Below are positions 29,507-39,973 of a stretch of 64,000 nt of DNA, piece after piece. The notes under the pieces are model-generated. The model was not told the DNA's origin and made no database searches. It was given only the letters and a program-made list of their open reading frames with translations. The position numbers and the translations under genes were made by a program. Position 1 is the stretch's first letter; every line of letters begins with the position of its first letter. Source of the stretch: an uncultured Clostridia bacterium. Its GTDB lineage: Bacteria; Bacillota; Clostridia; Christensenellales; UBA1242. Location of the stretch: assembly GCA_948434855.1 (NCBI GenBank), contig CAOJFR010000001.1, positions 19,629 through 83,628 of the forward strand. Reading direction: 5' to 3'.

Positions 29507-32500
29507 TTGGAAAATCGTAAAAATAATTCTTTTTCGCTTACTAAAGGAAAGATTGTTTGGCTTGTTTGTTTGGTGGTGTTTTGCTTAACATTCATTTTTG
29601 CATGCATGCAAAGCATTTTGCCGCTTGGCGCTGGAATTGTTGGCACTTTTGGAATCATGACATATCCAGTGCTAATTTTGCTTGCGCTATTTTCACTTGC
29701 TAAGTTTTTGGGCTTTTCATATAGAAGAAGCCTTAAAGCCACAATTTTAATGACATGTTTCATAATAAGCTTGCTTTGTGTTGTTCATTGTATTCAAACT
29801 TTTAAGGGGCTAGATGCAGTGACAAACGGAAAAACTTATGTTGAATATATGAGGCTTTCATATGAAAAGCTAACCGTGCTTGGAAGCTTTGGCTCACTAT
29901 TTTGTGGTCTTTTTTCACTTATGTTTGGTGGGTTTACAACAATTATTTTGTTTGCAATTTTATCAACAATTTTAATTGGTCTTTTTATAGACTTTGAACT
30001 TTATGGCAAATATGATGAAAAACACATTAAAAAACTAAGAAGCAGAAAACTTCGTGAAAAGGTATCAAAAAGTGATGAAAAGGCTTATGATGGCAAGCCA
30101 AACTATTCATTCTCAGACAAGGAAAATGAGGTTTCGTCATACACTCAAACAGATGTTGCTCACGAAATTTCTTCTGATGTTAATGAATATACAGAAAATT
30201 CTGTTCAGGCAAGCTATGCTGAGGCGGAGATTGCTCATGAAATTGAGGAAAACTCAGCTAGTTTTGAACAAGATTATGCTCAGGAAAATTATATGGGCTA
30301 TCAAAACAATATTGATGATAGTTATAAAAATATAAATTTCTTTGGTGGCGCAAATGCTGAAAATAACGCTGTTTTTGAGGGAAATGGCTATCCAAATTAT
30401 GCTCAAAACAACTTTATTAATGAGCAGCAATATAGTGAAGCTCCAGTTTTTTCAGAAAATGTTTATGAAGAGGAGCAAGTTCCAAATGTTTTCACAGATT
30501 CAATGGATGAATATAGAAGAAAGTTTATAGAAGACACATTTGGAATGCCATCTTCAATGCCAAACTATGGCTATGAAAATCAAAGTTCAGTAAGCTACTC
30601 AGACCCAGTTTCACCAGCATATAGTCAGGCTGTTCAGCCAACATTCTCTCAACCTAGCGTTTCATTTGAAAATGAGCCTTCACATAGCAGCTTTAATGAC
30701 AATCAAACAAGTGTTGCCGCATGGTCTGCTCCACAAACTCCAACTTATGTGGGGGAAAATTTCTCAAATAATGAAAATGTAAATTCTGGCTATGAATCAT
30801 TTAATTCAAATAATAATGACTTATCACAAGACAAGGCTTTGGGTTTTGAAAGCAGTCAAGCCCCAGCATTCCCTGGAATGATAGGAAATAGCATTGACGA
30901 TGTTAAGCCAGAAAGTGCAAGTTTTGATGCTCCAGTTTCTGATGGAATAAGTTTTTCAGAACCAGAAAGTTTTGGTGTTTCAGAGCCAGTTAATAATAGT
31001 CTTGAAGACGATATTGATAACAAAATCTCTGACATTTTCAATATTAATGAAGATGACGAAGACGATAGTTTGGTGAATAGTTTGCCATCTAACTTTAATT
31101 CTGAAACAGAAAATTCTGTTTCAGAATCAGGTTCTGAGCTTACAGATTTTAGTTTCCTTAGAAAAGATGAAAATGATGGCTTGGTTTCTGCAGAAGAAAG
31201 AGTTCGTGAAGATGTTGAAGCGTTTAACACTCATATTGAGCCAACAAACACTCACACAGAGCCTCTTTTTGCAGAAAACAAGGTTGATTCACCAAATGAA
31301 GGGCTAATAATTACCAGTGCAAACCCAATAGAGCCACCAAAAGTGGTTGTTCAGGCAAAAGAGCCACAGGTTAAAAAGTTTACTGGTTACAACCTTGGAA
31401 TGAACGGAATTAGATATAATCCGCCACCAATAAGTTTGCTTGTTCCTGGAAAGCCAGATAATGGAGACTACACTGAAGAACAAGAGAGAAAATCTCAAAT
31501 GTTAGAAGAATCTTTAAAGGCATTCAATGTGCCAGCAAAGGTTGTAAATATTATTCGTGGACCAAAAATAACAAGATATGAACTTTCGGTTCCACTGGGT
31601 GTTCCTGTCAAAAAAATTCCAATGTATGAATTGGACATAAAGAGGGCACTTGCAGCAAAAACAATTAACATTCAAGCTCCAATTCCGGGAAGCTCTTATG
31701 TTGGTGTAGAGCTTGAAAATGACACCTTTACAAGTGTTAGCGAAAGAGAACTATTAGAGTCTGAAGCATTCCAAAACTGCAAAGATCCACTTCCAATCGC
31801 TATTGGAAAAGATATTTCTGGCGAAATTGTGGTAAAAAGCTTAGCAAAAATGGTTCACCTTTTAATTGCTGGTTCAACCGGTTCCGGAAAATCTGTGTTT
31901 ATTCACTCTATTGTTATGAGTCTTTTATATAAGCATAGTCCAGAAGATTTAAGGCTTATTATGATTGACCCTAAAAAAGTTGAATTTAATAGATATAATG
32001 GACTGCCACATCTTTTAACACCTGAAGTTGTTATGGGTTCAGACAAGGCAATTAATGCACTAAAGTGGTGTGTTAAGGAAATGGATAGGCGATATGACCT
32101 TATGTCTAAATCAGGCTATAACAACATTGAGCCATATAACAGAAGCGAACTTGTTAAGGCTGGTCAGTTTGAAAAATTCCCATATATTGTTATTATTGTA
32201 GACGAACTTGCAGAGCTTATGATGGCTAACAAAAAAGAAGTTGAAGCTTGCATTCAAAGAATCACTCAACTTGCTCGTGCTTGCGGAATGCACTTAATTT
32301 TAGCAACTCAAAGACCATCAGTAGATATTATTTCTGGTGTAATAAAAAATAACGTGCCATCAAGAATTGCGTTTAGTCTTTCTTCAGGCATAGATTCAAA
32401 AACAATCCTAAACACCGTTGGTGCTGAAAAATTGCTTGGTCAAGGTGATATGCTGTTTTCTCCAAATGGCACATCTTCAATGCCAAGGCTTCAGGCAGCA

Positions 32501-32899
32501 TATTGTTCTGATGAAGAAATTAAGGCTGTTATTGACTTTGACAAACAAAACAATAGTGCAAACTATGATGATGCTGTTAGCAGCGTTATTAATGCAGAGC
32601 CTCAGCCAGAGGGTGAATATGCTGGACAAATTAATGATGCTCCAGCTCCAAGAGAACTTGACAGCTATTTCAAAACCGCACTAAAACTTGTTATGCAAAA
32701 TGGTGGGGCATCAACTTCATATTTGCAGCGTAGGCTTTCAATCGGCTATTCAAGAGCTGCAAAAATTATGGATCAGATGGAAGATAAGGGCTACATTGCT
32801 CCTGCAACTGGTTCAAAGGTTAGAAAGGTGCTAATTACACCTGAAGAGTTTAGAGATGAATTTGGCGAAGATTTCAACGATATTAGTAGTGATTTTTAA
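29507..32899 (+). CDS. ftsK: DNA translocase FtsK/SpoIIIE
   Basis: The TTG at 29507 lies 6 nt after aaggag. The protein has four to five N-terminal TM helices, a low-complexity linker of about 450 aa, and a motor domain (LLIAGSTGSGKS, IVIIVDELAELM, ILATQRPS). A gamma winged-helix (SYLQRRLSIGYSRAAKIMDQME) follows. Confidence 0.9.
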   Translation: MENRKNNSFSLTKGKIVWLVCLVVFCLTFIFACMQSILPLGAGIVGTFGIMTYPVLILLALFSLAKFLGFSYRRSLKATILMTCFIISLLCVVHCIQTFKGLDAVTNGKTYVEYMRLSYEKLTVLGSFGSLFCGLFSLMFGGFTTIILFAILSTILIGLFIDFELYGKYDEKHIKKLRSRKLREKVSKSDEKAYDGKPNYSFSDKENEVSSYTQTDVAHEISSDVNEYTENSVQASYAEAEIAHEIEENSASFEQDYAQENYMGYQNNIDDSYKNINFFGGANAENNAVFEGNGYPNYAQNNFINEQQYSEAPVFSENVYEEEQVPNVFTDSMDEYRRKFIEDTFGMPSSMPNYGYENQSSVSYSDPVSPAYSQAVQPTFSQPSVSFENEPSHSSFNDNQTSVAAWSAPQTPTYVGENFSNNENVNSGYESFNSNNNDLSQDKALGFESSQAPAFPGMIGNSIDDVKPESASFDAPVSDGISFSEPESFGVSEPVNNSLEDDIDNKISDIFNINEDDEDDSLVNSLPSNFNSETENSVSESGSELTDFSFLRKDENDGLVSAEERVREDVEAFNTHIEPTNTHTEPLFAENKVDSPNEGLIITSANPIEPPKVVVQAKEPQVKKFTGYNLGMNGIRYNPPPISLLVPGKPDNGDYTEEQERKSQMLEESLKAFNVPAKVVNIIRGPKITRYELSVPLGVPVKKIPMYELDIKRALAAKTINIQAPIPGSSYVGVELENDTFTSVSERELLESEAFQNCKDPLPIAIGKDISGEIVVKSLAKMVHLLIAGSTGSGKSVFIHSIVMSLLYKHSPEDLRLIMIDPKKVEFNRYNGLPHLLTPEVVMGSDKAINALKWCVKEMDRRYDLMSKSGYNNIEPYNRSELVKAGQFEKFPYIVIIVDELAELMMANKKEVEACIQRITQLARACGMHLILATQRPSVDIISGVIKNNVPSRIAFSLSSGIDSKTILNTVGAEKLLGQGDMLFSPNGTSSMPRLQAAYCSDEEIKAVIDFDKQNNSANYDDAVSSVINAEPQPEGEYAGQINDAPAPRELDSYFKTALKLVMQNGGASTSYLQRRLSIGYSRAAKIMDQMEDKGYIAPATGSKVRKVLITPEEFRDEFGEDFNDISSDF

Positions 32900-32911
32900 G
32901 GAGAAATAAAG

Positions 32912-34819
32912 TTGGAAAAAAGTGTTGGGTCAGTAGACCTTGCTGAGCTAATGAAAGCTAGGGAAGAAATGAATAGGGATATGGGCATTGCCACAGACCC
33001 TGATATGTATAAAAATTATAACCCTAACAGACAGCAAGAGGAAGCAGAAACAATTAATGAAACAGAAAATGAAGCAAATGCCAGTGTTGAGTCAAACGAG
33101 GCTTTGCAAGATTTTTCTGTGCAAGAAAACGAAGATGAAACAACTGAGCCAAAACTAAACCCAGTTTCAGAAAATGAGTCTTCTTTTGCCACAAATGGCG
33201 AAAGAGACTTTTCAGTTTATGATAGCTTTGCAGACTTTGAGATTGCAGAAAATGCAACAAAAAAGCCACAAGAAAATGCAGAAAATGTTTCTCAAAATCA
33301 AACGAGGCGAACCAGCGAAAATGCTGAAAATAACAGCGATTTTGGCAAAAATGATAATAAAATTAGTGATGATTATTTAAGTGATACGCTTGCAAGCCTA
33401 GACGAATTTTTGGTTGCAAATTCTGACACAGAAAAAACTGAAAACATTTCACAAAATTTAGAAAAGCCTGCAGAAAAAATTGTTCCACCAATGCCAGCAA
33501 ATTCAGAGCAATCAGCTGAAGCCAGCATTAAAGATTTGGAAGAACTTTTGGGTTTTTCAGATTTTAGCCTTGGTGGAAGCAGCACCTATGAACAAAAGCA
33601 ATCAGACTTTACGCTAGCTCAGTCTGATAATTTTGAGCCAAAAAGTGAGATAGAAAATTCAGTTAATGAGCCTGAGCAAAACATTGTACAAATTAAAAAT
33701 GAGCCAAATTTAGAAAATGTTCAAGAATCTGAGCCTGTTTTAACAAACTTAAAGGCAGATAATGACGGATACTGGTCAAATGGTGGAAGCGAAGACCTTG
33801 AAATGCTTCAAGAATTGCTTGGTATGACATCTTATCAAAGTGGTTCTGAAAACGCTTATGCAGAAACAGAAAAATATGCTGAGGGGTTAAACGCTTCAGA
33901 GCAAGACAGTGAAGAAAAAATAAGAGCTGCACTTGCAAACTTAAACATATCTAGGCCAGAAGTTTCAAGAGTTGAACAAACAAAAGTTTCTGAGTTTGCC
34001 TATAAAACAATAAAGGGTTCTGACTTTGTTGATATTATTGGATTAAATGAGTTTAAAAATTTAGACAAGCTTTCATTTGTGCTTGGAACCAATGAGCAGG
34101 GAGAATATCAGTTTGCCTCGCTTTCAGGAATGTATAATGTTGCATTATTTTCTAAGGATGAAAAGTCGGCAAACAAATTTTTTAATTGCTTAATGCTTAG
34201 CCTTATGCTTAAAAACAATTATAATGATGTTAAGTTTTATATTGCAGACACGCAAGTTAACAGTGTGTTTAAAAAATATAATAATTCAGCATATTTAGGG
34301 GCAAAAGTTTCAACCAACTATGACGATGTGCTTTCACTTTTAACTTCTCTTATGGCAGAGATTGATGAAAGGTATGAAACCATTGCTTCTGCAGGTCTTA
34401 GAAATGTTGAAGAATATAACAAGGCAATGGAAGAATCTCATATAATTGGCTATCCTTATAGCATTTTAATTTTTAACAATTATGCAAATTTATCAAGTAT
34501 TGAAACTTATAACAAAATAAAAGAATGCCTATCATACATATTAAAATTTGGCAGGCTTGTTGGGGTTTATGCCTATATTAAAGCTGGCTCAGAAATTGCC
34601 GATGAGCGAATAAATTATAATCTTGCAACCAGAATTGCATTTAGAGCAAATTCTGAAGAAGAGTCAGTTAAGATGGTTGGAGATGAGGGTGCTGAAAGGC
34701 TTGCTGGTGAGGACGAGTTTGTGTTTAAAACCATTTATTTAGAAGAGCTTATGCACTTAAAAACTCCAAATATAACAGACAGGGAAATTGAGCTTTTAAT
34801 TCAAAATATTGAAGGATAA
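32912..34819 (+). CDS. soluble FtsK-like paralogue with a degenerate (Walker-dead) motor domain
   Basis: It begins at a TTG after aaggag and has no TM segment. The acidic N-terminal half looks disordered. The C-terminal half is collinear with the ftsK motor domain, but GSTGSGKS is replaced by FSKDEKSA, VDELA by FNNYA, and ATQRPS by IKAGSE. There is no gamma domain. Confidence 0.7.
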   Translation: MEKSVGSVDLAELMKAREEMNRDMGIATDPDMYKNYNPNRQQEEAETINETENEANASVESNEALQDFSVQENEDETTEPKLNPVSENESSFATNGERDFSVYDSFADFEIAENATKKPQENAENVSQNQTRRTSENAENNSDFGKNDNKISDDYLSDTLASLDEFLVANSDTEKTENISQNLEKPAEKIVPPMPANSEQSAEASIKDLEELLGFSDFSLGGSSTYEQKQSDFTLAQSDNFEPKSEIENSVNEPEQNIVQIKNEPNLENVQESEPVLTNLKADNDGYWSNGGSEDLEMLQELLGMTSYQSGSENAYAETEKYAEGLNASEQDSEEKIRAALANLNISRPEVSRVEQTKVSEFAYKTIKGSDFVDIIGLNEFKNLDKLSFVLGTNEQGEYQFASLSGMYNVALFSKDEKSANKFFNCLMLSLMLKNNYNDVKFYIADTQVNSVFKKYNNSAYLGAKVSTNYDDVLSLLTSLMAEIDERYETIASAGLRNVEEYNKAMEESHIIGYPYSILIFNNYANLSSIETYNKIKECLSYILKFGRLVGVYAYIKAGSEIADERINYNLATRIAFRANSEEESVKMVGDEGAERLAGEDEFVFKTIYLEELMHLKTPNITDREIELLIQNIEG

Positions 34820-34823
34820 AATT

Positions 34824-36233
34824 ATGGAAAAAGAAAAAAAGAACACTGAAACAACAGATATTTCATTGCTTACAACAAAAAAGCTAGAAAAAAGACCACT
34901 TCTTGTGGGCATTGTTTCGCTTGGTTGTGATAAAAATCGTGTAGACTCTGAAATTATGCTTACTTATCTGCGTGACAGTGGCTATAGGTTTACAACAGAT
35001 GCATCAAAGGCAGATGTTTTAATCATTAACACTTGCGGATTTATTGAAAATGCAAGGCTTGAGTCTATGGACACCATTAATGAAATGAGTGAATATAGAA
35101 AAAATCAAAAATATCCATGCAAAAGGCTGGTTGTAACTGGTTGTATGCCTCAAAAATGGTCGTCTCAAATGAGAGAAGAATTTCCGGAGGTTGACATTTT
35201 TCTTGGCATAGATCAATATCCAGAAATTGCAAACATTTTAAATTCGTCCCTAGAAAAAGATAAAAAAATAATAAAGGTTGGCGGCACAAATACTGTTCCT
35301 TATGTTAAAAACAGAATGGTTACAACGCCACTTCATTATGCATATTTAAAAGTTGCAGATGGCTGTGATAACTATTGCACATTTTGCACAATTCCATCAA
35401 TTCGTGGACGCTATCGTTCAAGAAATTTAGAAGATATTTTGGATGAAGCAAACAGCTTGGTTTCTAATGGAGCAACAGAGCTTATTTTGATAGGTCAAGA
35501 TGTTTCAAGATATGGCACTGACAAGTCTGGAAAGTCGCAGCTAGTTAAGCTTATTCGTGAGCTTTCAAAAATTGAAGACTTAAAGTGGATAAGGCTGTTA
35601 TATGTTTATCCAGAAATGCTTGATGATGAGCTTTTGCATGAAATGGTAGAAAATCCAAAACTGTGCAATTATATTGACATTCCAATGCAGCACGTTTCAA
35701 ACAATGTGCTTAAACGAATGAACCGTCACACAACTCATGATGACATAATAAAGCTTGTTGAAAGAATTCAGGCACTCCCAAAATTTATTGCGGTTAGAAC
35801 CACATTTATGGCGGGCTTTCCTGGAGAAACTGAAGCAGATTTTAAAGAGCTTTGTGAGTTTATAACAAAATATAAGCTTATGCATGTTGGATTTTTTGCC
35901 TATTCTAAGGAAGAGGGAACCCCTGCAGCCATGATGCCAGACCAAATTAACAACGAAGTTAAAAGAAAACGAGTGCTTAAGCTTGTTTCGCTTCAAAAAA
36001 AGGTTGTTGCAGAAAATAATAAAAACTTTGTTGGAAAGATTTTGGAAGTGTGCTATGAAGGTATTGATTATCAAAGACAGCTGTTTTTTGGCAGAAGTGA
36101 ATATCAAACTCCAGAGGCTGATACCATTATCTTGTTTAAGTCTAAGGTTCCAGTAAACATTGGTCAATATTATAAGGTTAAAATAACAAAGGTTATAGGC
36201 TATGACCTGAAAGGAGAAATTGTATATGAATAA
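34824..36233 (+). CDS. rimO: ribosomal protein S12 methylthiotransferase RimO
   Basis: VGIVSLGCDKNRVDSE (RimO N-terminus), radical-SAM CDNYCTFC, and a C-terminal TRAM domain. Confidence 0.85.
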   Translation: MEKEKKNTETTDISLLTTKKLEKRPLLVGIVSLGCDKNRVDSEIMLTYLRDSGYRFTTDASKADVLIINTCGFIENARLESMDTINEMSEYRKNQKYPCKRLVVTGCMPQKWSSQMREEFPEVDIFLGIDQYPEIANILNSSLEKDKKIIKVGGTNTVPYVKNRMVTTPLHYAYLKVADGCDNYCTFCTIPSIRGRYRSRNLEDILDEANSLVSNGATELILIGQDVSRYGTDKSGKSQLVKLIRELSKIEDLKWIRLLYVYPEMLDDELLHEMVENPKLCNYIDIPMQHVSNNVLKRMNRHTTHDDIIKLVERIQALPKFIAVRTTFMAGFPGETEADFKELCEFITKYKLMHVGFFAYSKEEGTPAAMMPDQINNEVKRKRVLKLVSLQKKVVAENNKNFVGKILEVCYEGIDYQRQLFFGRSEYQTPEADTIILFKSKVPVNIGQYYKVKITKVIGYDLKGEIVYE

Positions 36234-36999
36234 AAATGTTCCAAATTATTTAACAATGGCAAGAATTGCTTGCACGCCATTAATTATTTTAATGTATCTT
36301 TTGCCAATTAAAAGCGGCATTGGTGTTTTTGTGGCACTGGGGCTTTATGTTGTTGGCTGTTTCACAGACTTTTTAGATGGCAAAATTGCAAGAAAATATA
36401 ATTTAATCACCGATTTTGGCAAGTTTATGGACCAAATTGCAGATAAGTTTATAACCACAACTGCAATGATTTTAGTTTTATTTTCAAACATAACTTATGG
36501 CTGGCTTGCAGTGTTAATGCTGCTTATTGTTGTTTTAAGAGATATTCTTATTAGCGGAATCAGAATGGTTGCGGCAAACAAAAATGTTGTTATTGCAGCC
36601 GACATTTATGGAAAAATAAAGTCATTCTTTTTAGATATTTCTAACATGATTTTAATGCTTTATGTTGGGCTAAGAGTTGTAGTAGATGCAAACTGGGTTG
36701 ATATTGTTGGAAAACTCGGCTTGGCACTTATGATTGTTGGTGTTGTGCTTTCAGTTATTTCTTGTATAAATTATGGCGTTAAAGCCCTTGAGGGTTTTGG
36801 AATAAAACACAAAAAATCAAATGCTGAAGATGCTGAAAAGTCTATTGAAAATTCAGATTCACAGAAAACGGAAGATGAAGTTGCTCAGAATAAAACATCA
36901 CAGAGTGTAAGTGAAAATAAGGCGGAAGCAAAACCTGCAAAATCAAAGACATCAAATAAATCAAAAACAACAAAAAAAGAAAATAAAGGGGATAAATAG
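36226..36999 (+). CDS. pgsA: CDP-diacylglycerol--glycerol-3-phosphate 3-phosphatidyltransferase with a charged C-terminal tail
   Basis: NVPNYLTMARI and DFLDGKIARKYN...GKFMDQIADK form the CDP-alcohol phosphatidyltransferase motif. A K/S/E-rich tail of about 70 aa follows. Confidence 0.85.
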   Translation: MNKNVPNYLTMARIACTPLIILMYLLPIKSGIGVFVALGLYVVGCFTDFLDGKIARKYNLITDFGKFMDQIADKFITTTAMILVLFSNITYGWLAVLMLLIVVLRDILISGIRMVAANKNVVIAADIYGKIKSFFLDISNMILMLYVGLRVVVDANWVDIVGKLGLALMIVGVVLSVISCINYGVKALEGFGIKHKKSNAEDAEKSIENSDSQKTEDEVAQNKTSQSVSENKAEAKPAKSKTSNKSKTTKKENKGDK

Positions 37000-37002
37000 T
37001 TT

Positions 37003-38058
37003 ATGGCAACAGAAAAAATAACAGATAAACAAAAGAACTTGGAGCAGGCGATTGCTCAAATTGAAAAAGAATTTGGAAAGGGCGCAATTATGCGTCTTGG
37101 AGATTATGAGGCAGAAAAGGTTGAGGTTATTCCAACAGGCTGTTTGTCGCTGGATATGGCACTTGGAGTTGGCGGTGTGCCACGTGGCAGAATTGTTGAA
37201 ATATATGGACCAGAAAGCTCAGGAAAAACCACAGTATCACTTCACATTGTTGCAGAAGCACAAAAACTTGGTGGAACAGCAGCGTTTATTGATGCAGAGC
37301 ATGCTTTAGACCCAGTTTATGCAGCACGTCTTGGGGTTGATATTAAAAATTTATATGTTTCGCAGCCAGATACTGGTGAACAAGGCTTAGAGATTTTGGA
37401 AAATTTGGTAAGGTCTGGCTCGGTTGATATTGTTGTTGTAGACTCAGTTGCTGCACTCACACCAAAGGCAGAAATTGATGGTGAAATGGGAGACAATCAT
37501 ATTGGTCTTCAAGCAAGGCTTATGAGCCAAGCTCTTAGAAAACTTACTGCCATCACAAACAAAACAAAAACCTGCGTTATTTTCATTAACCAGCTTAGAG
37601 AAAAAGTTGGAGTAATGTTTGGCAGCCCAGAAACCACAACTGGTGGAAAGGCTTTAAAATTTTATTCAAGCATCAGACTTGATGTTAGAAAGGGTGAAAT
37701 ATTAAAGGATGGAGACACTCCTGTTGGTGCAAAAACCAAGGTTAAGGTTGTTAAAAACAAGGTTGCACCACCATTCAAAACCGCAGAATTTGACATTGTG
37801 TTTGGAATGGGTATTTCAAATGAATCTTGCATTTTAGATCTCGCAGTTAATAGTGATATTATTCAAAAGAGTGGTGCATGGTTCAGCCTTAATGGTGAAA
37901 AAATTGGTCAAGGCAGAGAAAATGCAAAGCGTTATCTTATTGAGAACCCTGCAGTTTGTGAAGAAGTTATTGCAAAAATTAAGGCAATAATGATGCCATC
38001 TTCACATGAAGAAGTTGAAGTTCCAGAAACCGAGACCACAGTTTCAGATGCAGAATAA
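37003..38058 (+). CDS. recA: recombinase RecA
   Basis: [27 protein letters not shown] and [23 protein letters not shown]. Confidence 0.97.
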   Translation: MATEKITDKQKNLEQAIAQIEKEFGKGAIMRLGDYEAEKVEVIPTGCLSLDMALGVGGVPRGRIVEIYGPESSGKTTVSLHIVAEAQKLGGTAAFIDAEHALDPVYAARLGVDIKNLYVSQPDTGEQGLEILENLVRSGSVDIVVVDSVAALTPKAEIDGEMGDNHIGLQARLMSQALRKLTAITNKTKTCVIFINQLREKVGVMFGSPETTTGGKALKFYSSIRLDVRKGEILKDGDTPVGAKTKVKVVKNKVAPPFKTAEFDIVFGMGISNESCILDLAVNSDIIQKSGAWFSLNGEKIGQGRENAKRYLIENPAVCEEVIAKIKAIMMPSSHEEVEVPETETTVSDAE

Positions 38059-38085
38059 GAACAATTTTAAGCAATAAAACACTAC

Positions 38086-38113
38086 AATTTTTGTAGTGTT
38101 TTTTATTTATATT
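38086..38113 (+). terminator. intrinsic terminator after recA
   Basis: Hairpin aaaacactacaa/ttgtagtgtttt followed by a T-run. Confidence 0.8.
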
Positions 38114-38236
38114 ATGTGTTTATGTGCTATAATTTTACTTGACTATAAGCTTTTTGCTGTGATAAACTAAAAACATGGAAAATTGTGTAAATTTAATATA
38201 AATTTACATTTTTCATAAATTTTGGAGGAAATAATT

Positions 38237-39802
38237 ATGACAACAGTTATAGTGGCCATTGTGGTGGCAGTTGTTTCCTTGGGTCTAGGCGGTGTTGCGT
38301 CTTATTTTATTACAAAAAAGGTAATAGAAAAAAGACTTGGCGATGCGAAGTTTATCGCTGATAAAACAATTAAAGATGCTGAAGAAAAGGCGTCTACAAT
38401 AAAAAGTGAAGCTGTCATTGAGGCCAAGGAAGAGGCATTAAAATTTAAAAATGATGCTGAGGAAGAGCTTAAGGAAAGAAGAAATGAAATTTCAAAAATG
38501 GAAGCTCGCATTTTAGAAAGACAAGAAGTTTTGGACAGAAAAAATGATACATTAGACAAAAAATTAGAATCTATTGAAAACGCAAGAGAAGAGCTTGAAA
38601 CAAAAAAGCAAGATTTGGAAACTTCTAAGCAAGAGATTTTAAAAGAAAAGGAAAAAATTTCAAAAGAACTAGAAAAAGTTGCAGGACTCTCTAAAGAAGA
38701 AGCAAAAAAACAAGTTGTTGATTCAATTATTGATGACGCAAGAAAAGAAGCAGGCAATATTGTTCGTGATATTGAGGCAGAGGCTCGTGAAGAGGGCGAA
38801 AAGAAGGCAAGAAACATTGTTACTTTGGCAATTCAAAAGTGTGCAACAGACCAAACTGCAGATGTTACTGTAACAACAGTAAGTCTTCCAACAGAAGAAA
38901 TGAAGGGAAGAATTATAGGCAGAGAAGGAAGAAATATTAGGGCGATTGAAAATGCAACAGGGGTTGACCTTATTGTTGACGACACTCCAGATGCAGTAAC
39001 ACTTTCGTCATTTGACCCAATTAGAAGAGAGGTTGCAAGGCTTACTCTTGAAAAACTTATTACTGATGGCAGAATCCATCCAGCAAGAGTTGAAGATATT
39101 GTTGAAAAAGTTAAAAAAGACATTGAAAAAACAATTAAAGAAGCAGGTGAAAATGCAAGCTTTGAAGCAGGCGTATACAACCTTCATCCAGAAATGATAA
39201 AGATTTTGGGCAGACTTAAATATAGAACAAGTTATGGTCAAAATGTGCTTAAACATAGTTTAGAGACATCTTATATTGCAGGACTTCTTGCAGGTGAGCT
39301 TGGTGCAAACATTGCGGTTGCAAAGCGTGGCGGACTTTTGCATGACATTGGCAAGGCGTTAGACTTTGAAATGGAAGGAACTCACGTTTCAATCGGTGTT
39401 GATGTTGCCAAGAAATATAAAGAAAGCCCAGAGGTTATTCATTGCATAGAGGCTCATCATGGTGGCTGTGAATTTAAGAGCATTGAGGCAATATTGGTTC
39501 AGGTGGCTGATGCCATTTCAAGCGCAAGACCAGGTGCAAGAAGAGAATCGCTTGATGCATATGTAAAACGTCTTGAAAAGCTTGAAGAGATTGCAAATAG
39601 CTTTAAGGGCGTTGATGCATCTTTTGCAATTCAGGCAGGAAGAGAAATCAGAATTGCAGTTAAGCCAGAAGAAGTTGATGATGCATCAATGGTAATTCTA
39701 GCAAAAGAAATTGCAAGAAAAATTGAGAGCGAGCTAGAATATCCAGGACAAATTAAAGTTAATATAATAAGAGAAACCAGAGCAACTGATGTTGCGTCAT
39801 AG
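38237..39802 (+). CDS. rny: ribonuclease Y
   Basis: It has an N-terminal TM helix, a coiled-coil, a KH domain ([13 protein letters not shown]) and an HD domain (LLHDIGKA...HH). The ATG at 38237 follows ggagg. Confidence 0.93.
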   Translation: MTTVIVAIVVAVVSLGLGGVASYFITKKVIEKRLGDAKFIADKTIKDAEEKASTIKSEAVIEAKEEALKFKNDAEEELKERRNEISKMEARILERQEVLDRKNDTLDKKLESIENAREELETKKQDLETSKQEILKEKEKISKELEKVAGLSKEEAKKQVVDSIIDDARKEAGNIVRDIEAEAREEGEKKARNIVTLAIQKCATDQTADVTVTTVSLPTEEMKGRIIGREGRNIRAIENATGVDLIVDDTPDAVTLSSFDPIRREVARLTLEKLITDGRIHPARVEDIVEKVKKDIEKTIKEAGENASFEAGVYNLHPEMIKILGRLKYRTSYGQNVLKHSLETSYIAGLLAGELGANIAVAKRGGLLHDIGKALDFEMEGTHVSIGVDVAKKYKESPEVIHCIEAHHGGCEFKSIEAILVQVADAISSARPGARRESLDAYVKRLEKLEEIANSFKGVDASFAIQAGREIRIAVKPEEVDDASMVILAKEIARKIESELEYPGQIKVNIIRETRATDVAS

Positions 39803-39821
39803 GTTTTGTTTAAGATTATAA

Positions 39822-39848
39822 AAAACCACCAAATGAGTGGTTTTTTAT
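39822..39848 (+). terminator. intrinsic terminator after rny
   Basis: Hairpin aaaaaccac-caaatga-gtggttttt followed by a T-run. Confidence 0.75.
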
Positions 39849-39973
39849 TTTTGGCTTAAAAAATATGCCTAAAAATCAGCTTAGAGCTTGCTTGCTATTA
39901 AAATTAATAATTAATTTGCCAAAAAATTAAACTTTTTTGTATAAAAGCGGAAAAATTTGTAATATATTATAGT

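Noticed and set aside
35697-36167. 156-aa antisense ORF inside rimO
   Set aside because: It is fully nested antisense to a well-supported gene and has no RBS or recognisable motif. The same reasoning applies to 2152-2589 (antisense to cmk), 20739-21167 (recJ), 30856-31230 (ftsK linker), 46816-47166 (giant gene) and 60610-61047 (acyltransferase-like gene).
38302-38817. 171-aa antisense ORF inside rny
   Set aside because: It is a low-complexity Ser/Phe-rich translation of the strand opposite the Lys/Glu-rich coiled-coil of RNase Y. It is a compositional artefact with no RBS.
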